Source: an uncultured Rhodobacteraceae bacterium
GTDB taxonomy: Bacteria; Pseudomonadota; Alphaproteobacteria; Rhodobacterales; Rhodobacteraceae
Reading direction: 5' to 3'
NCBI GenBank assembly: GCA_947503765.1
Contig: CANNFA010000007.1
Coordinates: 98,614 to 162,613 of the forward strand
DNA length: 64,000 nt
Positions 41,172-51,479 of this stretch are shown one piece after another; within the stretch, counting starts at the first letter, position 1; every line of letters begins with the position of its first letter. Made by a program: the position numbers and the translations under genes. The notes beneath the pieces are model-generated. The model saw only the letters and a program-made list of their open reading frames with translations. It did not search any database and was not told where the DNA came from.

Positions 41172-41888
41172 CTATTCTGCTGTGCCTGATGCAATCGACG
41201 TATTGTCTGCCTTGGGGCGATCGTCATCCGGCAAGGAACCGGTGGTGAGATAGATCACCTGCTCGGCAATCCCGGTCGCATGGTCGCCCATCCGTTCGAT
41301 GTTCTTGGCGATGAAATGCAGGTGCAGGCAAGTCGAGATGTTGCGCGGATCCTCGGTCATATGCGTCAGGAACTCGCGGAACAGCGAGTTGTACATCTGA
41401 TCAATATCGTGGTCGTTCCGCCGCACCCGATCAGCCAGTTCGGCGTCGCCGTGGATATAGGCGTCGAGCACGTTCTTCAGTTGCAATTGAACCGCCTTGG
41501 CCATGCGCCGGATCAGGGCGGTCGCGCCACCAATGGGGGGCATCCTCGCTAGGATCGTCGAACGTTTCGCAAGGTTCTTGGCATAGTCGCCACAGCGTTC
41601 CAGCGCCGCGGCAATCTTTATCGCGGGCAGCAGCATGCGCAGATCGGCAGCGGCAGGCGAGCGCAGCGCGATCAGGCGAGCGGCCTCGGCATTGATCTGT
41701 TCTTCGAGGGCGTCGATGGCCCGGTCGCCCTTGCGCACCGCATCGGCAAGTTCGTCGTCGCGGGTTTCCAGTGCGCGGGCCGCGTCGAGAATGGCCGCTT
41801 CGACCAGCCCGCCCATGCGCGCGATCATGGCCTGAACGGCTTCGAAGTCGCGGTCGAAGGCCGACGCGATGTGGGGGTCGCTTTTCAT
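41172..41888 (-). CDS. phoU: Phosphate signalling protein PhoU, copy 2
   Basis: HIASAFDRD, LERCGDYAKN and KNIERMGDHAT. True start is MKSDPH; the ORF-track extension upstream is a pstB relic. Confidence 0.92.
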   Translation of the reverse strand: MKSDPHIASAFDRDFEAVQAMIARMGGLVEAAILDAARALETRDDELADAVRKGDRAIDALEEQINAEAARLIALRSPAAADLRMLLPAIKIAAALERCGDYAKNLAKRSTILARMPPIGGATALIRRMAKAVQLQLKNVLDAYIHGDAELADRVRRNDHDIDQMYNSLFREFLTHMTEDPRNISTCLHLHFIAKNIERMGDHATGIAEQVIYLTTGSLPDDDRPKADNTSIASGTAE

Positions 41889-41899
41889 CTTATCCTCTG

Positions 41900-42040
41900 T
41901 CAGCCGGAACCGGCCGGTGATGTAACTTTTAGTGCGCGGATCGGTCAGGTAGCTAAATGCATGGCACGTTTCTCCGTATTCGAGCTGACTGCCAAGGTGA
42001 AAGGACACTTTGCGCCGATGTCGCGGGCAGCTTGCTACAT
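41900..42040 (-). pseudogene. pstB: Degenerate 3' remnant of pstB
   Basis: Reads M*QAAR...(frameshift)SFHLGSQLEYGE...DPRTKSYITGRF, versus MQQAAR...[12 protein letters not shown]...[13 protein letters not shown] in the intact PstB of this window. Confidence 0.8.
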
Positions 42041-42079
42041 GATGGTTGTATCGACCACTCTAGGGTCGGCGCACCACGC

Positions 42080-42112
42080 TTTTGCGACAGTCTTGTAACA
42101 GTTTTATGAAGG
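42080..42112 (-). promoter_or_regulatory. Pho box array (3 x 11-bp units)
   Basis: CCTTCAT-AAAA-CTGTTAC-AAGA-CTGTCGC-AAAA, against the consensus CTGTCAT-A(A/T)A(T/A). Confidence 0.8.
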
Positions 42113-42116
42113 CTGC

Positions 42117-43142
42117 TCAGGTTTTCGGCAGAAGAACCGTAAAGCATGCGCCCTTGCCGCGTTGGCTGCTGATGGTGAACTCTCCGCGATGACGGTTGAC
42201 GATGTGCTTGACGATGGCAAGCCCTAGACCGGTGCCGCCCTTTTCGCGTGAACGGTGGGTGTCAACGCGGTAGAACCGCTCGGTCAGGCGCTGCAAGTGC
42301 TGCTCTTCGATGCCGTCCCCCCGGTCGATCACGTCGATTTGCAACAGGGGGTCGCTGGTTGGCGGATGGATCCTGACCGTGATCAGCCTGCCGGAGGCAC
42401 CGTATTTTATCGCGTTCTCAATCAGGTTCTGGAACACCTGCAACAACTGATCCGCATCGGCCGGGACATGCGGTGCGGAGTCCGCTCCAGTGATTTCCAG
42501 CGTCACGTTGGCTGCATTGGCGACAGGGCGCAGGGCGGCCGCGGCGGATTGGATCACCGCTGCGACATCCACGTCGGTGGTGGGGCGTCGGCGTTCCTCT
42601 GCCTCGACCCTCGAGAGGGACAGAAGATCTTGCACAAGGCGGTTCATGCGTCCTGTCTCACGTTCCATGATCGTAAGGAATCGGTCACGGGCCGCTGGAT
42701 CGTCTCGGGCCGCTCCTTTCAGCGTTTCGATGAACCCTGCCAGCGCCGTCAGGGGGGTGCGTAACTCGTGGCTGACATTGGCGACGAAATCCCGGCGCAG
42801 CTGGCCGATGAGTTCCTGTTCGGTGATGTCCTCGAAGGCGCAGAGAGCACCACTTCTGTCGGTGCTGGAAACGGGAGTCACCGTAACGAGATAGGTTACC
42901 TCATGCGACGGACCATGAATCACATAGCGTGCCTGCCCAGCGACCCTATCGTGCAGCGTAACTTCAATCGCGGCCAGCAAGGCGGGTTGGCGCAAGGCGA
43001 TGGCGTGGTGGCGACCGATCTGGCCGGTCCCCAAAATGGCCTCGGCTGCCGGGTTGGCCGCGAAAATCAGGTCATCTGCTCCAATCATCACCATTGGCAA
43101 TGGTACGCCGCTCAAAATACCGTCAAGCCATTGCCGATCCAT
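42117..43142 (-). CDS. phoR: Phosphate regulon sensor kinase (short PAS-HisKA-HATPase type)
   Basis: DFVANVSHELRTPLT, NLIENAIKYG, ERFYRVD and GGTGLGLAIVKHI. Confidence 0.9.
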   Translation of the reverse strand: MDRQWLDGILSGVPLPMVMIGADDLIFAANPAAEAILGTGQIGRHHAIALRQPALLAAIEVTLHDRVAGQARYVIHGPSHEVTYLVTVTPVSSTDRSGALCAFEDITEQELIGQLRRDFVANVSHELRTPLTALAGFIETLKGAARDDPAARDRFLTIMERETGRMNRLVQDLLSLSRVEAEERRRPTTDVDVAAVIQSAAAALRPVANAANVTLEITGADSAPHVPADADQLLQVFQNLIENAIKYGASGRLITVRIHPPTSDPLLQIDVIDRGDGIEEQHLQRLTERFYRVDTHRSREKGGTGLGLAIVKHIVNRHRGEFTISSQRGKGACFTVLLPKT

Positions 43143-43235
43143 TTCAAACCCTTTCGCCAGCGCATTCATGCCATGGGCGCGCCGAAAATTTTATCCAACG
43201 AGTGTTGGGGATGCGAGTCGCGTATGGTGGAAGTA

Positions 43236-43658
43236 TCAGCCAACCCGGTGTCCTTTCGCGTCGATCAGCGGCGTGCCGTCCTCTTTGGCCATCGGGCCGG
43301 GTGGCAGGCGGTCGAGTAGATCGAGCACGGCTTCACTCGGGCGGCAGAGCCGGACCCCCTTGCGCGAACAGACGATGGGACGGTTGACCAGAACGGGGTA
43401 GTCAATCATTGCCGTGAGTAGCGTTTTATCGCTGACGGTGGGGTCGAGCAGGCCCAGTTCCTCTGCAGGTGATTTCGTCGTCCGCAGGGCGGAGCGGGGC
43501 GTCAGGTCGGCAGCCGCGAACAGTGCCAGAAGCTGCGGGCGGGTCCATCCAGTTTCGAGGTATTCAATCACAATCGGCGTCTCGCCAGACGCTTCGATGA
43601 TCGCGAGCACATTGCGCGAGTTGCCGCACTCGGGGTTGTGGTGGATGACGATGCTCAT
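43236..43658 (-). CDS. arsC: Arsenate reductase (glutaredoxin type)
   Basis: [17 protein letters not shown] and LCRPSE. Confidence 0.92.
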   Translation of the reverse strand: MSIVIHHNPECGNSRNVLAIIEASGETPIVIEYLETGWTRPQLLALFAAADLTPRSALRTTKSPAEELGLLDPTVSDKTLLTAMIDYPVLVNRPIVCSRKGVRLCRPSEAVLDLLDRLPPGPMAKEDGTPLIDAKGHRVG

Positions 43659-44722
43659 GATGTGCCCCCGTTGGCCGGAAACCAGTGCTGTGTCCGGTTG
43701 GCAAAGGCGACGAGCGACAACATCACCGGCACCTCCACGAGGACGCCGACAACTGTGGCAAGAGCCGCACCCGATCCAAGGCCGAACAGGCTGATGGCAA
43801 CAGCCACCGCCAGCTCAAAGAAGTTTGACGTGCCGATCATGGCGCAGGGCGCGGCCACGTTGAACGGGATGCACCAAGCCCGCGCCACACCGTAGGCCAC
43901 GAAGAAAATGCCATAGGATTGGATCAACAGGGGCACCGCGATCAGCGCGATAACGAGCGGACGGTCGAGAATGACTTCGCCCTGAAACCCGAAAAGCAGT
44001 ACCACCGTGACCAGCAAGCCAAAGATCGAGAACGGCTGTACGCGGGCCTTGAACGCATCCACGGCCGCCTCTCCGCCATTACCGACAAGGTTGCGGCGCG
44101 TCACATACCCGGCCAGCAGCGGCAGCATGACATAGAGTCCAACCGACAAAAGCAACGTGTTCCAGGGAACGACGATGTCGGTCACGCCCAGCAGGAAGGC
44201 CACGATGGGCGCGAAAGCAAAGACCATGATCACGTCGTTCACACTGACCTGCACCAGCGTATAGGTTGCGTCGCCGCGCGTGAGGTTCGACCAGACAAAG
44301 ACCATTGCCGTGCAGGGGGCCGCGCCCAGCAGGATAACGCCAGCAAGGTAGGCCTGCGCATCGTCGGCCGGGATCAGCCCCGCAAAAACATACTCGAAGA
44401 ACAGCACGCCCAAGGCCGCCATCGTGAAGGGCTTGATCAGCCAGTTCACCACCAGCGTCACGACCAGCCCCTTCGGCTTGTCCCCGACCTGACGCAGCGC
44501 GCCGAAATCCACGCCGACCATCATCGGATAGACCATCGCCCAGATCAGCATCGCCACGGGCAGATTGACCGAGGCGATTTCCAGCGAGGCCAGAAACGAA
44601 AACAGACCCGGAACCAGATTGCCCAGCAGCAGCCCCGCGCCGATGGCCAGTGCCACCCAGACGGACAGCCAGCGTTCGAATGTACCCAGACCCGCCGCAG
44701 CGGGAAGCGATGTATCAGTCAT
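43655..44722 (-). CDS. acr3: Acr3 family arsenite efflux pump
   Basis: [37 protein letters not shown] and LVEVPVML. Confidence 0.95.
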   Translation of the reverse strand: MTDTSLPAAAGLGTFERWLSVWVALAIGAGLLLGNLVPGLFSFLASLEIASVNLPVAMLIWAMVYPMMVGVDFGALRQVGDKPKGLVVTLVVNWLIKPFTMAALGVLFFEYVFAGLIPADDAQAYLAGVILLGAAPCTAMVFVWSNLTRGDATYTLVQVSVNDVIMVFAFAPIVAFLLGVTDIVVPWNTLLLSVGLYVMLPLLAGYVTRRNLVGNGGEAAVDAFKARVQPFSIFGLLVTVVLLFGFQGEVILDRPLVIALIAVPLLIQSYGIFFVAYGVARAWCIPFNVAAPCAMIGTSNFFELAVAVAISLFGLGSGAALATVVGVLVEVPVMLSLVAFANRTQHWFPANGGTS

Positions 44723-44766
44723 GTCGTTCTTTCGTGTGGTTGGCCTTCAGGTGAGCCTAGCGGCCC

Positions 44767-45096
44767 CTAGCAGCAGGTGATTTCGTCGAGAACGTGCTGA
44801 CAAAGTTCGTGACGCCCGCCGCAGCACTCCTTCATCAAGAATATAATAAGGCCGCGCACCCCCTCCATGTCGGCGAAATAGCGGATATTGCGGCCCTCCC
44901 GCCTGTTCCGGATCAGACCGGACCGAGCGAGGATCCCGAGATTGGCCGACATCGTGTTCTGGCGCACCTCCAGTGCGCTACTGATATCACCGGCCAACAC
45001 CCCTTGCTGCCCTGCCTTGATCAGCAGCCGGAACACGTCGAGCCGGGTTGACTGGCTGAGAGCGGCAAAGGCGTCGAGCGCATGAATCTTATCCAT
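44767..45096 (-). CDS. arsR: ArsR family repressor
   Basis: FAALSQSTRLDVFRLL, C-terminal ECCGG and terminal CC. Confidence 0.92.
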   Translation of the reverse strand: MDKIHALDAFAALSQSTRLDVFRLLIKAGQQGVLAGDISSALEVRQNTMSANLGILARSGLIRNRREGRNIRYFADMEGVRGLIIFLMKECCGGRHELCQHVLDEITCC

Positions 45097-45113
45097 ATAT
45101 CTGGAATTATGGA
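45092..45113. promoter_or_regulatory. Candidate ArsR operator
   Basis: Inverted repeat TCCATA-N10-TATGGA in an AT-rich gap overlapping the arsR start codon. Confidence 0.5.
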
Positions 45114-45128
45114 AGTGAATGCTATACG

Positions 45129-45854
45129 TCAAGCGGTCCCGTCAATCGCCTCGGGACTGGAAAGCGATGTCAGATCGCCTTTCGGTCGTTCCTCGTCAGG
45201 CAAATCGCCGGTCACCAGATAAATCACCTGTTCGGCAATCGACGTGGTGTGATCGCCCATCCGCTCGATGTTCTTGGCGATGAAATGCAGATGCATACAG
45301 GCGGTGATGCTGTGGGGCTCTTCCATCATGAGCGTCAGGAGTGAACGAAAAAGGGCGTTGTACATTTCATCTATCTCACAATCCCGCGCTCGGACTTCGT
45401 GAGCGATTTCGAGATCGCGTTGCATATAGGCATTGAGCGCGTCGGCCATCATGTCGACGACCGCCTTGTGCATACGACGCAGAGTCCGGGAAACATCTTT
45501 GACCAGGTGCGCATGGGCCAGCACGGACGTGCGTTTGGCGATGTTCTTTGCATAATCGCCGCACCGTTCCAGATTCGAGGCGATGGTCATGACCGTCAAA
45601 ACCGTACGCAGGTCGCCCGCGTACGGAGAGCGCGTTGCGAGAATGCGGGCGCAATCGATCTTGATTCTCTCTTCCAGCTCGTCGATGGCCTTGTCATTCC
45701 TCCGCACCGCTTCGGCCATTTCGAGATTACTGGTCTCGAGGGCTTCGGCAGCCCGATTCATGGCCTCGTCGACCAAGCCGACCATTTTCATGAGCATGGC
45801 CTGTGCGCCTTCAAGGTCGCGGTCGAAGGCACTGGAGATGTGTTTCGTGGTCAT
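45129..45854 (-). CDS. phoU: PhoU, copy 1
   Basis: MTTKHISSAFDRD, LERCGDYAKN and KNIERMGDHTT. Confidence 0.92.
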   Translation of the reverse strand: MTTKHISSAFDRDLEGAQAMLMKMVGLVDEAMNRAAEALETSNLEMAEAVRRNDKAIDELEERIKIDCARILATRSPYAGDLRTVLTVMTIASNLERCGDYAKNIAKRTSVLAHAHLVKDVSRTLRRMHKAVVDMMADALNAYMQRDLEIAHEVRARDCEIDEMYNALFRSLLTLMMEEPHSITACMHLHFIAKNIERMGDHTTSIAEQVIYLVTGDLPDEERPKGDLTSLSSPEAIDGTA

Positions 45855-45864
45855 AACGTCTTTC

Positions 45865-46689
45865 CTATCCGATCCGGCCAGAGATGTAGCTTTCGGTGCG
45901 GCTGTCCTTGGGGTTCGCGAAAATCTCGTCGGTATCGCCGTATTCGACGAGGCTGCCGAGATGGAAAAAGGCGGTCTTCTGGCTGACCCGCGCGGCCTGC
46001 TGCATCGAGTGGGTGACGATGACCACGGTGTATTTCTCACGCAGGGTGTCGATCAGTTCTTCGACTTGCGAGGTCGCGATGGGGTCGAGCGCCGAGCACG
46101 GCTCGTCCATCAGCAGTACTTCGGGGTCGGTGGCCACGGCACGGGCGATGCACAGGCGCTGTTGCTGTCCGCCCGACAGGCCAGTGCCGGGGGCGTGCAG
46201 GCGGTCCTTGACCTCGTCCCAAATTGCACCGCGGCGCAGCGACTGCTCGACGATCTCGTCCATATCGGCTCTGGACCTGGCCAAACCGTGGATCTTGGGG
46301 CCATAGGCGACATTGTCGTAAATAGACTTGGGAAACGGGTTCGGCTTTTGGAACACCATACCGACGCGGGCGCGCAGCTGCACCGGGTCGATAGTCCGGT
46401 CATAGATGTCGTCACCGTCGATGCGGATATCGCCCTCGACCCGGCAGATGTCGATCGTGTCGTTCATCCGGTTGATACAGCGCAGGAAGGTGGATTTGCC
46501 GCAGCCAGACGGGCCGATGAAGGACGTGACCGAGCGTTCCTTGATATCCACCTCGACATCCTTGATCGCATGGGTATCGCCGTAATGCACCTGCACGCCG
46601 CGCGCGCTGATTTTGGTGGCGTTGGTGCCAACATCGCGGTTGACGGCTCTGAGGTCGTCCACGGACTGTCCTTTCGGGTTACTTACCAT
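45865..46689 (-). CDS. pstB: Phosphate ABC transporter ATPase
   Basis: [27 protein letters not shown] and DEPCSALDP. Confidence 0.96.
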   Translation of the reverse strand: MVSNPKGQSVDDLRAVNRDVGTNATKISARGVQVHYGDTHAIKDVEVDIKERSVTSFIGPSGCGKSTFLRCINRMNDTIDICRVEGDIRIDGDDIYDRTIDPVQLRARVGMVFQKPNPFPKSIYDNVAYGPKIHGLARSRADMDEIVEQSLRRGAIWDEVKDRLHAPGTGLSGGQQQRLCIARAVATDPEVLLMDEPCSALDPIATSQVEELIDTLREKYTVVIVTHSMQQAARVSQKTAFFHLGSLVEYGDTDEIFANPKDSRTESYISGRIG

Positions 46690-47975
46690 TTGCGTTCAAA
46701 CTTGCTGCGCAGGTAGGTCGCGATGGCGTTCATCATGATGAGGAAGGACAGCAACACGAGGATTGCGGCAGATGTCCGGCTGACAAAGCCGCGCTCGGGG
46801 CTGTCGGCCCAGATGAAGATTTGCGTCGGCAGTGCGGTGGCGCTGTCAAACGGCGTCGCGGGCGCCGAGGTGATAAAGGCGTTCATCCCGATCAGCAGGA
46901 GCGGCGCGGTTTCGCCCAAGGCCTGTGCCAAGCCAATGATGGTGCCCGTGAGGATGCCGGGCATCGCCAGGGGCACGACATGGCCAAAGACCACCTGTTG
47001 TTTGGATGCGCCCACACCCAGGGCGGCCTCGCGGATCGAGGGCGGTACGGCCTTGAGTGCGGCGCGCGTCGCAATGATGATCGTCGGCATTGTCATCAGG
47101 GCCAGTGTCATACCACCGACGAGCGGTGCCGAGCGCGGCATCCCGAACCAGCCGATGAAGACCGCCAGCGCCAGAAGGCCGAAGACGACCGAGGGCACGG
47201 CAGCCAGATTGTTGATATTGACCTCGATGAAATCGCTCAGCTTGTTCTTGGGCGCGAATTCCTCGAGGTAGATGGCCGCGCCGATGCCCAGCGGGAACGA
47301 GATCAGAAAACAGGTCAGGAGCGCCCAGAACGAGCCCATGATCGCGCCCTTGAGGCCCGCCAGCTCGGGAAAGCGGCTGTCGGCATTGGTCAGAAGGCCG
47401 GTATTGAGGCTGGAGGTGATCGCGCCAATCTCGATCAGACGGTCATAAAAGGCGATCTGCGTGTCATCGAGACGGCGCAGGCTCTCAGGGGTCTCGCGGT
47501 CCAAAAGGCCCTTGCGAAGCTGGTCATAGGGGTCCGACACAGGCACGCTCAGGGCAATGGTCTGCCCGATCAGCGACGGGTCCGCCACCACGCGGTCACG
47601 CAGCTGAAACTGGGCGCCGTTGGACAGGATGCCGCCCACCACGCGCATCGCAGCGCGGTCATTGGGGTCAACCGATGGCAGGTCTGCTGCCAGAGCCGCC
47701 GCCAGCACATCGTCGAAATTGCCGCGCGGCAGGCGCTCGGCGCTGATTTCCTCGGGGTCGATGAACACCTCAAGCGTGATCTCGGTCTGGGTGAATGCCT
47801 TGTGGCCGGTCGAGATCAGCGAGGCGAGCAGGATGAACAGCATCAGGAACGCCAGGCTGATCGCCGTGATGCCCAAGGCCTGCAGGATGAACTGCTTGCG
47901 GTGCCGCCGAGAGAGGCTGCCGCGCACCATGTCCATTGTGGTCCGTGCCACGGAGCCGGAGGGAATATCGGTCAT
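46683..47975 (-). CDS. pstA: Phosphate ABC transporter permease
   Basis: [22 protein letters not shown] and ALGETAPLL. Confidence 0.95.
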   Translation of the reverse strand: MTDIPSGSVARTTMDMVRGSLSRRHRKQFILQALGITAISLAFLMLFILLASLISTGHKAFTQTEITLEVFIDPEEISAERLPRGNFDDVLAAALAADLPSVDPNDRAAMRVVGGILSNGAQFQLRDRVVADPSLIGQTIALSVPVSDPYDQLRKGLLDRETPESLRRLDDTQIAFYDRLIEIGAITSSLNTGLLTNADSRFPELAGLKGAIMGSFWALLTCFLISFPLGIGAAIYLEEFAPKNKLSDFIEVNINNLAAVPSVVFGLLALAVFIGWFGMPRSAPLVGGMTLALMTMPTIIIATRAALKAVPPSIREAALGVGASKQQVVFGHVVPLAMPGILTGTIIGLAQALGETAPLLLIGMNAFITSAPATPFDSATALPTQIFIWADSPERGFVSRTSAAILVLLSFLIMMNAIATYLRSKFERKW

Positions 47976-47986
47976 GGGATCAAGCC

Positions 47987-49372
47987 TCAATCGTAGGCTT
48001 CGCGGCACTTCCGAACAATGCGGAGTGCGAAGATATTGATGACAAGGGTGACAAGGAACAGCATCATCCCGAGGGCAAAGGCGGCCAGCGTCTTGGGGTT
48101 GTCAAACGAAGTATCCCCGATCAGCAGCGTGACGATCTGCACGGTGACGGTAGTCACACTCTCCAGCGGGTTGAGCGTGAGATTGGCCATCAGCCCGGCT
48201 GCCATCACAACGATCATCGTCTCGCCGATGGCGCGGCTGACGGCCAGCAGGACACCACCGACGATGCCGGGGATCGCCGCCGGAAAGAGAACGTTCAGCA
48301 CTGTCTCGGCGCGTGTGGCGCCGAGGGCCAGCGCGCCATCGCGCATCGCCCGTGGCACCGCCGACAGCGCGTCATCGGCGAAGGACGAGATGAACGGCAC
48401 CAGCATGATGCCCATCACCCCGCCAGCCGCCAGTGCAGTATTGGGTGCGACCGGAATGCCCAGTGACGCGCCAATGCTGCGGATTGCGGGGGCCACGACG
48501 AGGATGGCGAAGAAGCCGTAGACGACCGTCGGTACCCCGGCGAGGATCTCCAGCAGCGGCTTGGCCACCGCGCGGATGCGCTTGGGCGCGAATTCGAAAA
48601 GGTAGATGGCCGACAGCAGGCCGATCGGCACGGCAATGACGATGGCGACGATGGTGATGACGATCGTGCCGACGAACACCGGGATCCAGCCAAAGGCACC
48701 GGCAGCGGCGATCTGGTCGGCGCGGATCGGGATCTGAGGCTCCCAGTTGAGGCCAAAGAGGAACTCGGTCAGCGGCACCAACCGCAGAAACTTGTAGGTC
48801 TCGAAGGCCAGCGAGGCGACGATGCCGACGGTGGTAAAGATGGCGACGACCGAGCAGAAGATCATCAGGCCCGAGACGATCCGCTCGACCCCCTGGCGCG
48901 CGCGGAACTCGGCCGAGACCTTCTTGCGGGCAATGATCATGATGGCGAGGCAAAGAAGCGCGGTCACCAGCACAAGGCCAAGCGCGGCCAGCTGGCGCAG
49001 CTCAGTCAGACGCTCGGCAGCCGCCAGTTTCCACGGCTCGGGCTGGCCAAAGACGCGGCCCCCGGCGATGGACTGGATCTCGGCCAGAATGAGATCGACC
49101 TGGCCCTTTTCCAGCCCGGTCAGTGTGCCGTCCGGCAGCCCGCCCATCACCACCGCGTTGACGACGGACCCTTGCAGCACCAGCCAGGCCAGGATCACGA
49201 CCAGAACGGGCACCAGCATCAGCAGCAGCGCAAAGAGGCCGTGATAATTCGAGACTGAATGCAGCCTTGCGCCGCCATTGCGGATGCCGGTCGCGGCGCG
49301 CCGGTTCAAGGCGTAGGCCGCAAGGCTGGCGACAAGAAGAATAGCGAAGGCCAAGGTCGTCATCGGATACAC
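47987..49372 (-). CDS. pstC: Phosphate ABC transporter permease
   Basis: EILAGVPTVVYG and SRAIGETMIV. Confidence 0.95.
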   Translation of the reverse strand: MYPMTTLAFAILLVASLAAYALNRRAATGIRNGGARLHSVSNYHGLFALLLMLVPVLVVILAWLVLQGSVVNAVVMGGLPDGTLTGLEKGQVDLILAEIQSIAGGRVFGQPEPWKLAAAERLTELRQLAALGLVLVTALLCLAIMIIARKKVSAEFRARQGVERIVSGLMIFCSVVAIFTTVGIVASLAFETYKFLRLVPLTEFLFGLNWEPQIPIRADQIAAAGAFGWIPVFVGTIVITIVAIVIAVPIGLLSAIYLFEFAPKRIRAVAKPLLEILAGVPTVVYGFFAILVVAPAIRSIGASLGIPVAPNTALAAGGVMGIMLVPFISSFADDALSAVPRAMRDGALALGATRAETVLNVLFPAAIPGIVGGVLLAVSRAIGETMIVVMAAGLMANLTLNPLESVTTVTVQIVTLLIGDTSFDNPKTLAAFALGMMLFLVTLVINIFALRIVRKCREAYD

Positions 49373-49432
49373 CCACTCATGGTAGAATGCCCGGGCCAGA
49401 CAAGGCCGGCCCGGGCGGAATCAGACAGGCGT

Positions 49433-50479
49433 TCAGCCTGCCGGGGCTTCCATCGACTGGCCGTTCAGAACGTTGCCCTGCAAGGTCTGCATCCGGTCCT
49501 CGGCCAGCGGCACAAGGCCCCGCTCGGACAGGTAGCCGCCAGAGGCCAGCGCGTCGTCGGACATGTATTCCTCGATGAAGGCATCAAGGTTGGGGATCAC
49601 GCCGCGATGCGCGTTCTTGATGTAGAAATAGAGCGGGCGCGACACGGGATAGGATTTGTCGGCGATGGTCTCGATCGACGGTTCGACGCCTTCGATCTGC
49701 ACGCCCTTCAGCTTGTCCATGTTCTCGTAAAGGAAGGAATAGCCGAAGATACCCATGGCGTTCGGGTCGGCCTCGATGCGCTGGACGATCAGGTTGTCAT
49801 TCTCGCCCGCCTCCACAAAGGGGCCGTCGGTGCGCATGCGCGAACAGTTCTCTTCAACCCAGTCACCGTCGAAGCCGCCGTTGGCTACATAGTCCAGCTC
49901 TTCGCAGCCCGCGTGCATCGCCAACTCGACAAAGGCGTCGCGGGTGCCGGATGTGGGCGGCGGGCCATAGGCCAGGATCTCGGTTTCGGGCAGGTCGGGG
50001 TTGATTTCCGACCATTTGGTATAGGGGTTGTCGACCCATTCACCGTTGACCGGAACCTGGGCACCGAGGGCGAGGTAAACCTCACCGAGAGTCAGATTCC
50101 AGTCGAAATCGTTCTCGCGCGAGATCGCGAGCGACAGGCCATCGAAGCCGATCAGCGCTTCGGTGATGTCGGTGACTCCGTTCTGCTGGCACAGCTCGAA
50201 CTCCGATGCCTTCATGGCGCGTGAAGCACCGGTGATGTCGGCATGCGATTCGCCGATGCCGCCGCAGAAGATCTGCATGCCACCGCCGGTGCCGGTGGAT
50301 TCCACGACGGGCGACGGGGCGCCGGTGTTGTTGGCGAACTGTTCGGCGACCGCTTGCGTGTAGGGAAACACGGTCGAAGACCCGACGATACGGATCGCAT
50401 CGCGGCTTTGCGCGAAAGCAGCAGTTGTGGAGATTGCGGCAACCGCGCAGGCAGAGGCAGTCAGTTTCAGGTAAAGCAT
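49433..50479 (-). CDS. pstS: Phosphate-binding protein
   Basis: Signal peptide, GSSTVFP, ESTGTGGG, GPPPTSGTRD and YPVSRPLYFY. Confidence 0.95.
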   Translation of the reverse strand: MLYLKLTASACAVAAISTTAAFAQSRDAIRIVGSSTVFPYTQAVAEQFANNTGAPSPVVESTGTGGGMQIFCGGIGESHADITGASRAMKASEFELCQQNGVTDITEALIGFDGLSLAISRENDFDWNLTLGEVYLALGAQVPVNGEWVDNPYTKWSEINPDLPETEILAYGPPPTSGTRDAFVELAMHAGCEELDYVANGGFDGDWVEENCSRMRTDGPFVEAGENDNLIVQRIEADPNAMGIFGYSFLYENMDKLKGVQIEGVEPSIETIADKSYPVSRPLYFYIKNAHRGVIPNLDAFIEEYMSDDALASGGYLSERGLVPLAEDRMQTLQGNVLNGQSMEAPAG

Positions 50480-50536
50480 GATGGCTCCCAGGTTTGTTTC
50501 GGTCGCTGTCACGACCGTGGTGATCGGATACGCGGG

Positions 50537-50580
50537 CTTTGTGACGCCGATGTAAGAGTTCTGTTACGGTTTCATGACAA
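50537..50580 (-). promoter_or_regulatory. Pho box array (4 x 11-bp units) upstream of pstS
   Basis: TTGTCAT-GAAA-CCGTAAC-AGAA-CTCTTAC-ATCG-GCGTCAC-AAAG. Confidence 0.75.
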
Positions 50581-50935
50581 ATCGCTTGGGAGACCGATCG
50601 CGCAACGCACCTGCAGTTTCTTGGGACACCCGCTTTAACCGGGGTCGGAACGGTCTGCTGATCCAATATCTGGTATGTTGAGTTTTCCGGGATTTTTGCC
50701 GCTCGATCAAAGCACCGCGATCAGGAGGACGACGGCTGGCGGCATCCAGCATCTGGCGTTGAATGTCATAGGTTTTCTCCGATGCTTGCAAACGTTCAGC
50801 GATCCGCCCGATGCGTTCACCGGAGCGGCGGATCGACAGCAGGAACAGAACGATGGCCAGCGCGATTGCACCGTAGCGAAGCGCTGCCCTCGTCCATGGA
50901 GTTGCGGAGATCCCGCCGAAAATGGTGGTGATCAT
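50564..50935 (-). pseudogene. Prophage lysis-cassette small membrane protein; C-terminus apparently replaced at ~50698
   Basis: N-terminal TM (YGAIALAIVLFLLSI) plus a coiled region, ATGA-coupled to the M15 gene. The tail reads through into the pstS promoter. Confidence 0.55.
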
Positions 50936-51459
50936 CGCTGCCCCCTGCGCCAATCATCAAGCCGCGCATAGATCGCAACACCAATGCCTGCCAAGGCCAC
51001 GGCGATAAACACCCAGCGCAGCGTATCGAGATAGGGTACCAGCGGCAGGACGGCGGACTGGGTTTCGGAAAGCACGTTCTGCGCCACCTCGACCCCCGCC
51101 GCGCCCAGCGTCGCTACGCCTGCCGCCCCGCCACCTTTCATGGTGCGGCTATCGGCCAAAACCTCTCGCGCCGGTGGCGTTTCTTCGGCGAAGGCAGTCG
51201 CCCGGACCGGGAACCGCTCGCCCCACTGTCGCGCCGGACCGAGATCGACATGGATGAACCCCGAGCGCGGGTAGAAGCCAAAGCCGAGGAACCCGACCTC
51301 GCGCGCCGCCGCCTCGAAGGCCACCGGGTCGTGGTTCGCCATGGCGATCTCGAAGGCGGCGCCGTCGAGGTGCTTCGACCGGGTCGCGCCGCCGACGGCA
51401 CTGTTGTGCTCGGGGCTGCGATAGGCCGAGCGGACAATCAGGGGTTTGTCCAGCCGGAC
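50932..51459 (-). pseudogene. Peptidase M15 (D-Ala-D-Ala carboxypeptidase-like) endolysin, 5'-truncated
   Basis: SAYRSPEHN, SKHLDGAAFE, FIHVD and C-terminal TM segments. The frame has no credible family N-terminus before RLDKPL. Confidence 0.7.
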
Positions 51460-51479
51460 AGCGACACCCATAGCTATTG

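Noticed and set aside
41889-42008. N-terminally extended PhoU (278 aa in the ORF track)
   Set aside because: The extension is the decayed pstB C-terminus brought into frame by a frameshift. PhoU homology starts at MKSDPH.
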